The notes: a model not told the origin generated them from the sequence alone. 64,000 nt of DNA from Escherichia coli (GCF_016903815.1 NZ_CP069973.1), one strand, 5' to 3'; counted from the stretch's first letter, positions 11,955 through 25,228 are shown. Translations and numbers: made by a program.

Positions 11955-13897
11955 CGCCCTTGCTCGAATTAAAGGATATTCGTCGCAGCTATCCTGCCGG
12001 TGATGAGCAGGTTGAGGTGCTGAAGGGCATCACCCTCGATATTTATGCTGGTGAGATGGTGGCGATTGTCGGCGCTTCGGGTTCCGGTAAATCGACCCTG
12101 ATGAATATTCTCGGCTGCCTGGATAAGGCCACCAGCGGCACCTATCGCGTAGCCGGTCAGGATGTTGCCACTCTGGACGCCGATGCGCTGGCGCAACTGC
12201 GCCGCGAGCATTTCGGCTTTATTTTCCAGCGTTACCATTTGCTTTCGCATTTAACCGCCGAGCAGAACGTTGAAGTACCCGCCGTCTATGCTGGTCTTGA
12301 GCGGAAACAGCGGCTGCTTCGCGCCCAGGAGTTGCTGCAACGACTGGGACTGGAAGACCGTACAGAGTATTACCCGGCACAGCTTTCGGGGGGGCAGCAA
12401 CAGCGCGTCAGCATCGCGCGGGCATTGATGAACGGCGGTCAGGTAATTCTTGCCGATGAACCAACCGGCGCACTGGACAGCCATTCTGGCGAAGAGGTGA
12501 TGGCGATCCTGCATCAGCTGCGCGATCGCGGGCATACGGTGATTATCGTTACCCACGATCCGCAGGTCGCTGCTCAGGCCGAGCGGGTGATCGAAATTCG
12601 CGACGGCGAAATTGTGCGCAATCCTCCCGCCGTTGAAAAAGTGAATGTTGCTGGCGGGACGGAACCTGTTGTCAACACGGCCTCTGGCTGGCGGCAATTT
12701 GTCAGCGGTTTTAACGAAGCGCTGACGATGGCATGGAGGGCGCTGGCAGCGAATAAAATGCGTACTTTACTGACCATGCTGGGGATTATTATCGGTATTG
12801 CGTCGGTGGTTTCCATTGTCGTGGTGGGCGACGCCGCCAAACAAATGGTGCTGGCAGATATTCGTTCTATTGGTACGAATACTATTGATGTCTATCCCGG
12901 GAAAGATTTTGGCGATGACGATCCGCAATATCAGCAGGCGCTGAAGTACGACGACTTAATCGCCATCCAAAAACAACCGTGGGTCGCCTCAGCTACACCT
13001 GCCGTCTCGCAAAACCTGCGCCTGCGTTATAACAATGTTGATGTTGCTGCCAGTGCCAATGGCGTGAGCGGCGATTATTTTAATGTCTATGGCATGACCT
13101 TCAGTGAAGGAAACACCTTTAATCAGGAGCAGCTGAACGGTCGTGCGCAGGTGGTGGTTCTCGACAGTAATACTCGCCGCCAGCTTTTCCCCCATAAAGC
13201 AGATGTGGTTGGCGAGGTGATTCTGGTCGGCAATATGCCCGCCAGAGTCATTGGTGTGGCGGAAGAAAAACAGTCGATGTTTGGTAGCAGTAAAGTGCTG
13301 CGTGTCTGGCTACCTTACAGCACGATGTCCGGGCGAGTTATGGGCCAGTCGTGGCTGAACTCCATTACTGTCAGGGTGAAAGAAGGATTTGACAGCGCCG
13401 AGGCGGAACAGCAACTCACGCGTTTACTTTCACTGCGCCACGGTAAGAAGGATTTCTTTACCTGGAACATGGACGGCGTCTTGAAAACCGTTGAAAAGAC
13501 CACACGTACTTTACAACTGTTTCTGACGCTGGTGGCAGTGATTTCGCTAGTGGTGGGCGGTATTGGTGTAATGAATATTATGCTGGTGTCAGTGACCGAG
13601 CGGACGCGGGAAATTGGCATTCGCATGGCTGTAGGTGCGCGAGCAAGTGATGTGTTGCAACAGTTCCTGATCGAAGCCGTGCTGGTTTGCCTGGTCGGTG
13701 GCGCGTTGGGAATAACACTGTCACTGTTAATTGCTTTCACCTTGCAGCTTTTCTTACCCGGCTGGGAGATTGGTTTTTCACCGTTGGCGCTGCTGCTGGC
13801 GTTTCTCTGCTCGACGGTCACCGGGATTTTATTTGGCTGGTTACCCGCACGAAATGCGGCACGACTGGATCCAGTAGATGCTCTGGCACGAGAGTAA
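11951..13897 (+). CDS. macB: macrolide ABC transporter ATPase/permease
   Basis: 648 aa; N-terminal ABC ATPase with Walker [10 protein letters not shown] and signature LSGGQQQRV; C-terminal FtsX-like permease. Confidence 0.95.
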   Translation: MTPLLELKDIRRSYPAGDEQVEVLKGITLDIYAGEMVAIVGASGSGKSTLMNILGCLDKATSGTYRVAGQDVATLDADALAQLRREHFGFIFQRYHLLSHLTAEQNVEVPAVYAGLERKQRLLRAQELLQRLGLEDRTEYYPAQLSGGQQQRVSIARALMNGGQVILADEPTGALDSHSGEEVMAILHQLRDRGHTVIIVTHDPQVAAQAERVIEIRDGEIVRNPPAVEKVNVAGGTEPVVNTASGWRQFVSGFNEALTMAWRALAANKMRTLLTMLGIIIGIASVVSIVVVGDAAKQMVLADIRSIGTNTIDVYPGKDFGDDDPQYQQALKYDDLIAIQKQPWVASATPAVSQNLRLRYNNVDVAASANGVSGDYFNVYGMTFSEGNTFNQEQLNGRAQVVVLDSNTRRQLFPHKADVVGEVILVGNMPARVIGVAEEKQSMFGSSKVLRVWLPYSTMSGRVMGQSWLNSITVRVKEGFDSAEAEQQLTRLLSLRHGKKDFFTWNMDGVLKTVEKTTRTLQLFLTLVAVISLVVGGIGVMNIMLVSVTERTREIGIRMAVGARASDVLQQFLIEAVLVCLVGGALGITLSLLIAFTLQLFLPGWEIGFSPLALLLAFLCSTVTGILFGWLPARNAARLDPVDALARE

Positions 13898-13904
13898 TTT
13901 TTGA

Positions 13905-13940
13905 GATAAAAATGCCAGCCGATCGGGCTGGCATTTTGCC
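13905..13940. terminator. bidirectional rho-independent terminator between macB and cspD
   Basis: GC hairpin gccagccgatcgggctggc flanked by an A-run upstream and a T-run downstream. Confidence 0.6.
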
Positions 13941-13969
13941 TTTAGGATGTACACAATGAGACAGAAGAG

Positions 13970-14194
13970 CTATGCGACTGCCGCTTCTACTTCGACGGGC
14001 ACAATAACACTGGCGTGATTGCCTTTTGGCCCCTGGTGGACATCAAACTGAACGGATTGTCCAGCTTTTAGCGTTCTGTAACCATCCATCTGAATGGTGG
14101 AATAATGAGCGAAAATATCTTCGCCGCCGCCTTCAGGGCAGATGAAACCAAACCCTTTGGCATTGTTGAACCACTTAACAGTACCCTTTTCCAT
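13970..14194 (-). CDS. cspD: stationary-phase cold-shock-family protein CspD
   Basis: 74 aa from MEKGTVKWFNNAKGFGFI; cold-shock domain RNP motifs. Confidence 0.93.
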   Translation of the reverse strand: MEKGTVKWFNNAKGFGFICPEGGGEDIFAHYSTIQMDGYRTLKAGQSVQFDVHQGPKGNHASVIVPVEVEAAVA

Positions 14195-14516
14195 GCTTCG
14201 ACATCCTTCGCAAATCTTATACAAGTAAGATGGAATAAACCGGGGTCAGAGAGGGGGCTGTTCAAAACCTCGCCAACTCTAGAAATACAATTTAGAGAAT
14301 TAGGGCGAGCCGTCAAGCATTTGACAGGGGCCAGGGGGCAGGTATGAATCAAAAATTTGAAGCAGTTAACGCTATTGACAGGAATGTGACAGATGTCGCT
14401 GATGCCAACGATAGATGATAGTTATCTATCATGTGGAGTAGATTGGTCAGGCAAATAAGCTCTTGTCAGCGGCAGGGTGTTCTGCCGATAACCGTAACCG
14501 AAGATGATAACTGACA

Positions 14517-14837
14517 ATGGGTAAAACGAACGACTGGCTGGACTTTGATCAACTGGCGGAAGAAAAAGTTCGCGACGCGCTAAAACCGCCATCTATGTAT
14601 AAAGTGATATTAGTCAATGATGATTACACTCCGATGGAGTTTGTTATTGACGTGTTACAAAAATTCTTTTCTTATGATGTAGAACGTGCAACGCAATTGA
14701 TGCTCGCTGTTCACTACCAGGGGAAGGCCATTTGCGGAGTCTTTACCGCCGAGGTTGCAGAAACCAAAGTGGCGATGGTGAACAAGTACGCGAGGGAGAA
14801 TGAGCATCCATTGCTGTGTACGCTAGAAAAAGCCTGA
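14517..14837 (+). CDS. clpS: ClpA adaptor protein ClpS
   Basis: 106-aa [46 protein letters not shown]; immediately upstream of clpA. Confidence 0.95.
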
Positions 14838-14867
14838 ATGCAGGCATAAAAATTGGGGGAGGTGCCT

Positions 14868-17144
14868 ATGCTCAATCAAGAACTGGAACTCAGTTTAAAT
14901 ATGGCTTTCGCCAGAGCGCGCGAGCACCGTCATGAGTTTATGACCGTCGAGCACTTGTTACTGGCGCTGCTCAGTAACCCATCTGCCCGGGAGGCGCTGG
15001 AAGCGTGTTCTGTGGATTTGGTTGCGCTCCGTCAGGAACTGGAAGCCTTTATTGAACAAACCACACCCGTTCTGCCTGCCAGTGAAGAGGAGCGCGACAC
15101 ACAGCCAACGCTGAGTTTTCAGCGTGTACTGCAACGTGCGGTCTTCCATGTCCAGTCCTCCGGTCGCAATGAGGTTACCGGTGCAAACGTTCTGGTCGCT
15201 ATCTTTAGCGAACAGGAGTCGCAGGCGGCATATCTGTTGCGTAAACATGAAGTCAGCCGTCTCGATGTGGTGAACTTTATCTCTCATGGCACGCGTAAAG
15301 ACGAGCCGACACAGTCTTCTGATCCTGGCAGCCAGCCAAACAGCGAAGAACAAGCTGGTGGGGAGGAACGTATGGAGAATTTCACGACGAACCTGAATCA
15401 GCTTGCGCGCGTGGGCGGAATCGACCCACTGATTGGTCGTGAGAAGGAGCTGGAGCGTGCTATTCAGGTTCTCTGCCGTCGCCGTAAAAACAACCCGCTG
15501 CTGGTGGGGGAATCTGGTGTCGGTAAAACCGCGATTGCAGAAGGTCTTGCCTGGCGAATTGTTCAGGGCGATGTGCCGGAAGTGATGGCTGACTGTACGA
15601 TTTACTCTCTCGATATCGGTTCTCTGTTAGCGGGCACAAAATATCGCGGCGACTTTGAAAAACGTTTTAAAGCGTTGCTCAAGCAGCTGGAGCAGGACAC
15701 TAACAGCATCCTGTTTATTGATGAGATCCACACCATTATCGGTGCGGGTGCAGCGTCTGGTGGTCAGGTCGATGCGGCTAACCTAATCAAACCGTTGCTC
15801 TCCAGCGGTAAAATTCGCGTAATTGGTTCGACAACCTATCAGGAGTTCAGCAACATTTTCGAGAAAGACCGTGCTCTGGCGCGTCGCTTCCAGAAAATTG
15901 ATATTACTGAACCGTCGATCGAAGAAACTGTTCAAATCATCAATGGCCTGAAACCGAAGTATGAAGCGCACCACGACGTGCGTTATACCGCAAAAGCGGT
16001 GCGTGCAGCGGTAGAGCTGGCGGTGAAATACATTAACGATCGTCATCTGCCGGATAAAGCCATTGACGTTATCGACGAAGCGGGCGCTCGCGCACGCCTG
16101 ATGCCGGTAAGCAAACGCAAGAAAACCGTTAATGTGGCGGATATTGAGTCCGTGGTGGCCCGTATTGCGCGCATTCCAGAGAAGAGTGTTTCTCAGAGTG
16201 ACCGCGATACCCTGAAAAACCTCGGCGATCGCCTGAAAATGCTGGTCTTCGGTCAGGATAAAGCCATCGAGGCGCTGACTGAAGCCATTAAGATGGCGCG
16301 TGCAGGTTTAGGTCACGAACATAAACCGGTCGGTTCGTTCCTGTTTGCCGGCCCTACCGGGGTCGGGAAAACAGAGGTGACGGTACAGCTTTCGAAAGCT
16401 TTGGGCATTGAGCTTCTGCGCTTTGATATGTCCGAGTATATGGAACGCCATACCGTCAGCCGTCTGATTGGTGCGCCTCCGGGATACGTTGGTTTTGATC
16501 AGGGCGGTTTGCTGACTGATGCGGTCATCAAGCATCCACATGCGGTGCTGCTGCTGGACGAAATCGAGAAAGCGCACCCGGACGTGTTCAATATTCTGTT
16601 GCAGGTGATGGACAACGGTACGCTGACCGATAACAACGGACGCAAAGCGGACTTCCGTAACGTGGTATTGGTGATGACCACCAACGCTGGGGTACGAGAA
16701 ACTGAGCGTAAATCGATTGGTCTTATCCACCAGGACAACAGCACCGATGCGATGGAAGAGATCAAGAAGATCTTTACGCCGGAGTTTCGTAACCGTCTCG
16801 ACAACATTATCTGGTTCGATCATCTGTCAACCGACGTGATCCATCAGGTAGTGGATAAATTCATCGTCGAGTTGCAGGTTCAGTTGGATCAGAAAGGTGT
16901 TTCTCTGGAAGTGAGCCAGGAAGCGCGTAACTGGCTAGCCGAGAAAGGTTACGACCGGGCAATGGGCGCACGTCCGATGGCGCGTGTCATCCAGGACAAC
17001 CTGAAAAAACCGCTCGCCAACGAACTGTTGTTTGGTTCGCTGGTGGACGGCGGTCAGGTGACGGTTGCGCTGGATAAAGAGAAAAATGAGCTGACTTATG
17101 GATTCCAGAGTGCACAAAAGCACAAGGCGGAAGCAGCGCATTAA
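14868..17144 (+). CDS. clpA: ATP-dependent Clp protease ATPase subunit ClpA
   Basis: 758 aa from [20 protein letters not shown]; two AAA+ modules (GESGVGKT and GPTGVGKT Walker A motifs). Confidence 0.95.
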   Translation: MLNQELELSLNMAFARAREHRHEFMTVEHLLLALLSNPSAREALEACSVDLVALRQELEAFIEQTTPVLPASEEERDTQPTLSFQRVLQRAVFHVQSSGRNEVTGANVLVAIFSEQESQAAYLLRKHEVSRLDVVNFISHGTRKDEPTQSSDPGSQPNSEEQAGGEERMENFTTNLNQLARVGGIDPLIGREKELERAIQVLCRRRKNNPLLVGESGVGKTAIAEGLAWRIVQGDVPEVMADCTIYSLDIGSLLAGTKYRGDFEKRFKALLKQLEQDTNSILFIDEIHTIIGAGAASGGQVDAANLIKPLLSSGKIRVIGSTTYQEFSNIFEKDRALARRFQKIDITEPSIEETVQIINGLKPKYEAHHDVRYTAKAVRAAVELAVKYINDRHLPDKAIDVIDEAGARARLMPVSKRKKTVNVADIESVVARIARIPEKSVSQSDRDTLKNLGDRLKMLVFGQDKAIEALTEAIKMARAGLGHEHKPVGSFLFAGPTGVGKTEVTVQLSKALGIELLRFDMSEYMERHTVSRLIGAPPGYVGFDQGGLLTDAVIKHPHAVLLLDEIEKAHPDVFNILLQVMDNGTLTDNNGRKADFRNVVLVMTTNAGVRETERKSIGLIHQDNSTDAMEEIKKIFTPEFRNRLDNIIWFDHLSTDVIHQVVDKFIVELQVQLDQKGVSLEVSQEARNWLAEKGYDRAMGARPMARVIQDNLKKPLANELLFGSLVDGGQVTVALDKEKNELTYGFQSAQKHKAEAAH

Positions 17145-17167
17145 TCTAATTGTTAGGTAGGTTGGTG

Positions 17168-17207
17168 AAGTCCGTAATCTCGAAAGAGGTTACGGACTTT
17201 TTATTTA
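17168..17207 (+). terminator. clpA rho-independent terminator
   Basis: Hairpin gtccgtaatctcgaaagaggttacggac followed by tttttattt. Confidence 0.6.
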
Positions 17208-17486
17208 TGGGGTGGAGGAGGTTCAGACCCTTTTTTTGATGATGATGGTAAGTTGTTGATAATTAGTGCTGCGGGAAGGTAAGGATAAAAAAGGGTGCTG
17301 CAGGAGAATGGGATGGTTTTGCTTTATTAACAACGGGCTAAACGTGTAGTATTTGAGTTCATTGCCGTACAGGCAGCTTAGAAAGCCAACCGAAAGAAAA
17401 ACTCGATTTTTATACCGTTCACTGCCGTACAGGCAGATAAAATGCGAAAAAAAACTCGTACTTTCGTACGAGCTCTTCTTTGAATA

Positions 17487-18022
17487 TGGCGGTGAGGGGG
17501 GATTGACTCGCTTCGCTCGCCCTGCGGGCAGCCCACTCACTGTGTTCGTGGTCTGTCCAACTGGCTGCGCCAGTTGTCGAACCCCGGTCGGGGCTTCTCA
17601 TCCCCCCTGGAGTGCAATATGCGAAAAAAAAGCTCGCACTTTCGTACGAACTCTTCTTTGAATATGGCGGTGAGGGGGGGATTGACTCGCTTCGCTCGCC
17701 CTGCGGGCAGCCCACTCACTGTGTTCGTGGTCTGTCCAACTGGCTGCGCCAGTTGTCGAACCCCGGTCGGGGCTTCTCATCCCCCTTGGAGTGCAATATG
17801 CGAAAAAAAAGCTCGCACTTTCGTACGAGCTCTTCTTTGAATATGGCGGTGAGGGGGGGATTGACTCGCTTCGCTCGCCCTGCGGGCAGCCCACTCACTG
17901 TGTTCGTGGTCTGTCCAACTGGCTGCGCCAGTTGTCGAACCCCGGTCGGGGCTTCTCATCCCCCTTGGAGTGCAATATGCGAAAAAAAAGCTCGCACTTT
18001 CGTACGAGCTCTTCTTTGAATA
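17487..18022. repeat. tandem array of three ~179-bp direct repeats (17487-17664, 17665-17843, 17844-18022), each ending in a copy of the tRNA-Ser 3' end and containing a terminator-like hairpin plus T-run; a partial degenerate copy lies upstream at ~17340-17486
   Basis: Direct inspection: the motif tggcggtgaggggg recurs at 17487, 17665, 17844 and at the genuine tRNA 3' end (18023); the sequence between copies is near-identical. Confidence 0.85.
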
Positions 18023-18110
18023 TGGCGGTGAGGGGGGGATTCGAACCCCCGATACGTTGCCGTATACACACTTTCCAGGCGTGCTCCTTCAGCCACTCGG
18101 ACACCTCACC
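18023..18110 (-). tRNA. serW: tRNA-Ser (GGA anticodon), serW-type
   Basis: Reverse complement reads GGTGAGGTGTCCGAGTGGCTGAAGGAGCACGCCTGGAAAGTGTGTATACGGCAACGTATCGGGGGTTCGAATCCCCCCCTCACCGCCA; long variable arm; 3' CCA encoded. Confidence 0.92.
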
Positions 18111-18363
18111 AAATTGTTTTGCTACCAAACCTCATGGGTGGCAACGGGGCGCTACTATAGGGAGTTGGAGTAAAACGGTCAAGAAGAATTTTAATGATAA
18201 TTATTGTTTGCTCATACTGTAAACAAGTTGTGCAGTATATCTACATCGAGACAAGTTATGGACTTATACTTCCAAAGTACTTCATACATATCACAAAATA
18301 AAAAGGCCGGTTAAACCGACCTTTTACTCGTTCTTTCTCTTCGCCCATCAGGCGGTAAAACAA

Positions 18364-18585
<222 letters not shown>

Positions 18586-18866
18586 ATCCTCTGGGGTATC
18601 ACTACCGTAATTTGAACCGGCAAGATAATGCCGAAGTTCTGTAAATAAGTAAAGATTTGCGCGCTAAATCGCAACAAACAGGTTCGGCACATTACTCCGA
18701 AAACACACGGCTAAGCCGCACCAAAAGCGCAACGTATAAGGGAGCGGTGAGATAAACGATGGGCGTTACCTGACGCGAAAAATTCCTTATCGGCAGCGGG
18801 GTAATGAGCGTAACCAACTCTGCGACCGCAATTATAACACTCTGGGGAGAAATGTGCCGAAAACAT

Positions 18867-19571
18867 TCATTCTTGTGGTGAAAACAAGCACCGTGGTACC
18901 CAGAAATTATTCGGCAATCGTCCGAGGCGCATTTGATTGAGATAATTGAGGTAATCCCGGCGGGGAATTTCGCAGGCACCAAGCGACGCTGTGTGATCGT
19001 TAAGGACCTGGCAGTCGATAAGTTTACCGCCATGACCAATAAATTCCTCACAGAATACCAGAAGCGCCGTTTTAGACGCATTTTCCATCCGGCTGAACAT
19101 GGACTCGCCACAAAATAGCGTTCCCTGGGCCACGCCGTACATACCGCCGACAAGCTCATCTTCACGCCAGACTTCAATAGAGTGGGCATGACCGAGTTCG
19201 TGAAGGCGATGGTAGGCTTCGACCACGCCACGCGTGATCCAGGTTCCTTCTTCGCGATCGCTGGCACAGCCTTCAATGACCTGACCAAAAGCGTAATTCA
19301 TCGTGACTCGATAGGGCGAGCGTTTATGAAATCGCTTCATACTACGGCTGATATGCAGTGATTCAGGCCAAAGCACCGCGCGAGGATCGGGCGACCACCA
19401 GAGGATGGGGTCACCTGGAGAAAACCACGGAAAAATACCACGCTGGTAAGCCATTAACAGGCGCGCAGGGCTAAGATCGCCCCCCAGTGCCAGCAGGCCG
19501 TTAGGCTCACGTAATGCGCCTTCCGGGGAAGGGAAGGCTATTGAATGGCGAGAAAGCTGAACCAGGCGCAT
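18867..19571 (-). CDS. aat: leucyl/phenylalanyl-tRNA--protein transferase
   Basis: 234-aa ORF; synteny between infA and cydC. Confidence 0.9.
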
Positions 19572-19612
19572 GACCGCAAAACTCCACGCAAGTCGGATCG
19601 TTCAATAATAGC

Positions 19613-21334
19613 TTACAAACCCTGCTTAAACTGGTAATAACGCCCCTGTCTGGCAAGCAGTTTTGCGTGAGTACCTTGCTCAATAATTTGCCCGTTGTCC
19701 ATCACTATTATTTGTTGGAAACGAGAGAGTCCACGAAGTCGATGGGTGACCATTAACACCGTTTTCTCACGCATCATTTCTGCAAGCAATTCTAGGATCT
19801 GACTTTCGGTTGTGGCATCTAAGCCTTCTGTAGGTTCATCCAGCAATACCAGCGGCGCATCATGTAACAGCGCACGGGCGATAGCCAGACGGCGTAGTTC
19901 ACCACCGGAGAGCTGGCGTCCGCCTTCACCCAACCAACTGTTGAGACCTGCATCCTCGAGCAGCTTCTCCAGACCAACGCGACGTAAGATCTCCGCCAGA
20001 GCCTCATCACTACTGCCAGGCGAGGCGAGTAACAGATTATCACGCAGCGTGGCGCTAAACAGATGCACTCGCTGTGGCACAACGCTGATGGTCTGTCGTA
20101 GAGTCGCTTCATTCAGGCTGGCTATGGGGCTATCGTTAAGCAAAATCTCGCCCTGTTGCGGGTCCCATGCGCGGGTCAGCAGTTGTAACAGTGTTGATTT
20201 GCCGCATCCGGTTCGCCCGAGAATCGCTATATGTTCTCCGGCGTTTACCTGAAGAGAAATCCCTTTAAGTGCCTGTTGGGATTGCTCCGGATAAGTGAAC
20301 TGAACATCCCGTAACGTCAGCGAAACGCGATCGGCAACACGAGTTTGGGTATCAGGGAAGGTGACCTCCGGTTTTTGATCCGTTAAGTCAGTGATCCGTA
20401 CGGCAGAGGCAATGACTTGCCCCAGATGCTGAAATGCACCCGTTACTGGTGCCAGTGCTTCAAACGCGGCTAACGCGCAGAAGACAAACAGGGCAATTAA
20501 CGCGCCGGGTTGAGCATTGCCGCCAACGCCGCCAGACGCCATCCACAGCATCAGGATCACCGCTAACGCGCCAATGAGCAGCATTATCGCTTGCGACAAT
20601 GCGGTGAGTTCAGATTGACGTCGTTGCGCTTCCAGCCACTGAATTTCGGTATTCTCTAACTGCGTGCGATAACGATCGCTGGCACCCAAAATGGTCAGCT
20701 CAGCTTGCCCTTGCAGCCAGGCCGTCAGTTGTTGGCGATACTGCCCGCGAAGATGAGTCAGATTTTGCCCGGTGCTTTTTCCCGCACGATAAAACAGCGG
20801 TGGCATCAGGAAAAGCGTCAGTAACATAATGCCGCCCAGCGTAAAGGCGAGGGTGAAATCAAGGAAACTTAACCCGATTGTCACCACCATAATCACCACA
20901 AAAGCGCCCACCAGCGGCGAGATAACGCGCAGGTAAAGATGATCGAGCGTATCAACATCCGCCACCACGCGGTTGAGCAATTCGCCCTGACGATAGCGCG
21001 CCAGTCCGGCAGGGGAGAGGGGCAGCAATTTGCTGAAGGTATAAATGCGCAGATGCTGCAACACGCGGAAAGTCGCGTCGTGACTTACCAGACGTTCAAA
21101 ATAGCGCCCGGCAGTACGGGTGATTGCTGCACCACGCACGCCCGCAGCGGGTAGCATATAGTTGAAGCTGTACAGTCCGGCAACCCCCGCTACCGCTGAG
21201 GCCGAGAGGAACCAGCCGGAAAGTGTCAACAGACCGATACTGGCGAGCAGCGTGACAATTGCCAGCACAATACCAAGACTTAACATCCATTTATGACGTT
21301 TATACAGTGCCAGATAGGGTAGCAAAGCGCGCAT
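19613..21334 (-). CDS. cydC: cysteine/glutathione ABC exporter subunit CydC
   Basis: 573 aa; N-terminal TMD and C-terminal ABC ATPase (GRTGCGKST; LSGGELRRLAIARAL). Confidence 0.93.
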   Translation of the reverse strand: MRALLPYLALYKRHKWMLSLGIVLAIVTLLASIGLLTLSGWFLSASAVAGVAGLYSFNYMLPAAGVRGAAITRTAGRYFERLVSHDATFRVLQHLRIYTFSKLLPLSPAGLARYRQGELLNRVVADVDTLDHLYLRVISPLVGAFVVIMVVTIGLSFLDFTLAFTLGGIMLLTLFLMPPLFYRAGKSTGQNLTHLRGQYRQQLTAWLQGQAELTILGASDRYRTQLENTEIQWLEAQRRQSELTALSQAIMLLIGALAVILMLWMASGGVGGNAQPGALIALFVFCALAAFEALAPVTGAFQHLGQVIASAVRITDLTDQKPEVTFPDTQTRVADRVSLTLRDVQFTYPEQSQQALKGISLQVNAGEHIAILGRTGCGKSTLLQLLTRAWDPQQGEILLNDSPIASLNEATLRQTISVVPQRVHLFSATLRDNLLLASPGSSDEALAEILRRVGLEKLLEDAGLNSWLGEGGRQLSGGELRRLAIARALLHDAPLVLLDEPTEGLDATTESQILELLAEMMREKTVLMVTHRLRGLSRFQQIIVMDNGQIIEQGTHAKLLARQGRYYQFKQGL

Positions 21335-23101
21335 TTAAATCTCCTCCTGACGATGGGCCAGTAATGTGGCGAATGGGCCACCAGCCACACTTAATTCCGC
21401 GTAACGTCCTTGCTCAATAATCTGACCATCCTGCATTACCCAAATGACATCCCAGTCAGCAAGATCTTCTAACTGGTGGGTGACCATTAACGTTGTCTGG
21501 CGCAGAGAGGCGGCATTAAGCGCCTCCATTACGCGCTGTTCACTGTGAGCATCAAGGCTGGCAGCGGGTTCATCCAACAGTAATAGCGAACAGGGATTTA
21601 GTAATGCTCGGGCCACCGCCACGCGCTGTGCCTGCCCCACGGAAAGGCGGGCAGCCTGGTCGCCAACAGGCGTATCAACGCCTTGTGGCAGGAGCGGTAG
21701 AAACTCACTGACCCAGGCGTTATCCAGCGCTGTTTGTAACTCGTGTTCGCTGGCATCAGGTCGTGCCAGTAGTACGTTATCCCGTAGTGTTGCTGCTGGT
21801 AATTGTGGGTTTTGCCCAACCCAGGAGAGATGTTTACGCCATGATTCCGGTGATAAATCGCGTAATTCTATCCCGTTGATTCGTAGCGATCCCTGATATG
21901 AGAGAAAACCAGAAAGCGCGTTCAGCAGTGAGCTTTTACCTGAACCGCTGCGACCAACCAACACGGCACGTTGGCCTGCTGGCAAAGTAAAGTTCAGCGG
22001 TCCGGCCAGCGTTTTACCTTCTGGTGATGTAATAAACAGCTCCTCGGCTTCAATGGTCACCGGATCGGTCGATGCTAATTCCGCCTCACCACGCTGCGGA
22101 TGGGCAAGCGGGGTTTCCATAAACGTTTTCAAACTGTCAGCTGCACCAACAGCCTGGGCTTTAGCATGATAAAACGTACCGAGATCGCGTAATGGCTGGA
22201 AAAACTCCGGCGCAAGGATCAGGGCCAGAAAACCCGCAGCCAGCGTCACGCCAGTATCGTAGTGACCAAAATCCAGCTCGCCGAGATAGGAAAAACCAAA
22301 GTAGACCGCCACCAGAGCAATTGACAGCGAGGTAAAAAATTCGAGAATGCCGGAGGATAAAAACGCCAGCCGTAGCACTTCCATTGTCCGTTGGCGGAAA
22401 TCTTCCGAAGCAGAACGAATACTTTCAATTTCAGCTTCACCACGACCAAAAATACGCAATGTTTCCATGCCGCGCAGGCGATCGAGAAAATGCCCACTTA
22501 AGCGAGCAAGAGCGAGAAAGTTACGTCGGTTAGCATCGGCAGCCCCCATTCCAACCAGCGCCATAAACAACGGAATTAACGGAGCAGTGCCCAGCAGAAT
22601 CAGCGCCGCAGCCCAGTTAGAGGGGAAGATAGCCACCACAATCAGCAACGGCACCGACACTGCCAGCGCCATTTGCGGCAGGTAGCGTGCATAGTAATCA
22701 TGCATATCGTCAATTTGCTCGAGTACCAGCGTCGCCCAGCTCCCCGCCGGTTTACCCTGAATCCACGCTGGCCCTGCTTGTTGCAGACGGTCGAGAACCT
22801 GACGGCGGATGGCAAAGCGGATATGCTGCCCGGCGTGATAACCCACCCGTTCGCGTAACCAGACCACCCATGCGCGCAGTACAAAGGTCAGAACCAGTAA
22901 CGTAAAGGGAAGCAGCAGGGCTTCACGGGGAATATTCTCCATAATCATATGTTGCAGAATTCGCGCCATGAACCAGGCCTGGGCAATGATCAATATGCCG
23001 CTCACAAAGCCCAGCAGACGAGAAATATTCAGCCAACGTTGGGAGATGACGCTTTGCTGTTTTAACCAGCGGGTTAACTCTTTTTGACGGGATTTATTCA
23101 T
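21335..23101 (-). CDS. cydD: cysteine/glutathione ABC exporter subunit CydD
   Basis: 588 aa; ABC ATPase (GRSGSGKSS; signature-like LSVGQAQRVAVARAL); abuts cydC. Confidence 0.93.
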   Translation of the reverse strand: MNKSRQKELTRWLKQQSVISQRWLNISRLLGFVSGILIIAQAWFMARILQHMIMENIPREALLLPFTLLVLTFVLRAWVVWLRERVGYHAGQHIRFAIRRQVLDRLQQAGPAWIQGKPAGSWATLVLEQIDDMHDYYARYLPQMALAVSVPLLIVVAIFPSNWAAALILLGTAPLIPLFMALVGMGAADANRRNFLALARLSGHFLDRLRGMETLRIFGRGEAEIESIRSASEDFRQRTMEVLRLAFLSSGILEFFTSLSIALVAVYFGFSYLGELDFGHYDTGVTLAAGFLALILAPEFFQPLRDLGTFYHAKAQAVGAADSLKTFMETPLAHPQRGEAELASTDPVTIEAEELFITSPEGKTLAGPLNFTLPAGQRAVLVGRSGSGKSSLLNALSGFLSYQGSLRINGIELRDLSPESWRKHLSWVGQNPQLPAATLRDNVLLARPDASEHELQTALDNAWVSEFLPLLPQGVDTPVGDQAARLSVGQAQRVAVARALLNPCSLLLLDEPAASLDAHSEQRVMEALNAASLRQTTLMVTHQLEDLADWDVIWVMQDGQIIEQGRYAELSVAGGPFATLLAHRQEEI

Positions 23102-23159
23102 TGCACGCTTAGCAGGTGAGTTATCAGAATTATTTGCAGAGCAATGTTACAACGAGGAA

Positions 23160-23205
23160 AAAATAAAGGCGACCCATAGTCGCATGGTGTCGCCTTCTTT
23201 ACTTT
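23160..23205 (-). terminator. putative trxB rho-independent terminator
   Basis: Hairpin ggcgacccatagtcgcatggtgtcgcc; on the minus strand it is followed by a T-rich tract. Confidence 0.45.
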
Positions 23206-23223
23206 TGTTACTGATTTGTAAAA

Positions 23224-24306
<1,083 letters not shown>

Positions 24307-24733
24307 TCAAATTCTCCCGTCATTATCACCTCTGCTACTTAAATTTCCCGCTTTATAAGCCGATTAAATGATGAATAAACGCCCCTGTTAATGAATATCT
24401 GGCATGTTGTACTAAAAATCGATGTTTTGCTTTGACAATCCCCTGGTGTTTTGCGAAAACATTCGAGGAAGAAAAAAAACAGTATTCTTATATGCGCATA
24501 ACCATGCATGTAAATACCATGTTTACCGTGCTAGTGAAATCTACGTATGGCGTGGACAGACGCCATTCGTGATGTCGATAGCTGCCACAAGGCAACGGTC
24601 TTCTCACCGTAGACCCAGGCATTGCGCGCCGTGAATCTTCATGATTTCGGTCTATCGTGACGGGTAGCGACTCTGAACAGTGATGTTTCAGGGTCAGACA
24701 GGAGTAGGGAAGGAATACAGAGAGACAATAATA

Positions 24734-25228
24734 ATGGTAGATAGCAAGAAGCGCCCTGGCAAAGATCTCGACCGTATCGATCGTAACATTCTTAATGAGT
24801 TGCAAAAGGATGGGCGTATTTCTAACGTCGAGCTTTCTAAACGTGTGGGACTTTCCCCAACGCCGTGCCTTGAGCGTGTGCGTCGGCTGGAAAGACAAGG
24901 GTTTATTCAGGGCTATACGGCGCTGCTGAACCCCCATTATCTGGATGCATCACTTCTGGTATTCGTTGAGATTACTCTGAATCGTGGCGCACCGGATGTG
25001 TTTGAACAATTCAATACCGCTGTACAAAAACTTGAAGAAATTCAGGAGTGTCATTTAGTATCCGGTGATTTCGACTACCTGTTGAAAACACGCGTGCCGG
25101 ATATGTCAGCTTACCGTAAGTTGCTGGGGGAAACCCTGCTGCGTCTGCCTGGCGTCAATGACACACGGACATACGTTGTTATGGAAGAAGTCAAGCAGAG
25201 TAATCGTCTGGTTATTAAGACGCGCTAA
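24734..25228 (+). CDS. lrp: leucine-responsive regulatory protein
   Basis: 164 aa from MVDSKKRPGKDLDRIDRNILNELQKDGRISNVELSKRVGLSPTPCLERVRRLE; AsnC-type HTH. Confidence 0.96.
   Translation: MVDSKKRPGKDLDRIDRNILNELQKDGRISNVELSKRVGLSPTPCLERVRRLERQGFIQGYTALLNPHYLDASLLVFVEITLNRGAPDVFEQFNTAVQKLEEIQECHLVSGDFDYLLKTRVPDMSAYRKLLGETLLRLPGVNDTRTYVVMEEVKQSNRLVIKTR

Noticed and set aside
17340-18022. CRISPR array
   Set aside because: Repeats are ~179 bp with almost no unique spacer content between them and no cas genes nearby; this is not CRISPR architecture
17223-18222. Numerous 60-143-aa ORFs on both strands (for example 17419-17715, 17598-17894, 17612-18019, 17791-18222) with near-identical repeated peptides
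   Set aside because: They are reading-frame artefacts of the 179-bp tandem repeat and the tRNA gene; their periodic near-identity reflects the DNA repeat, not gene duplication
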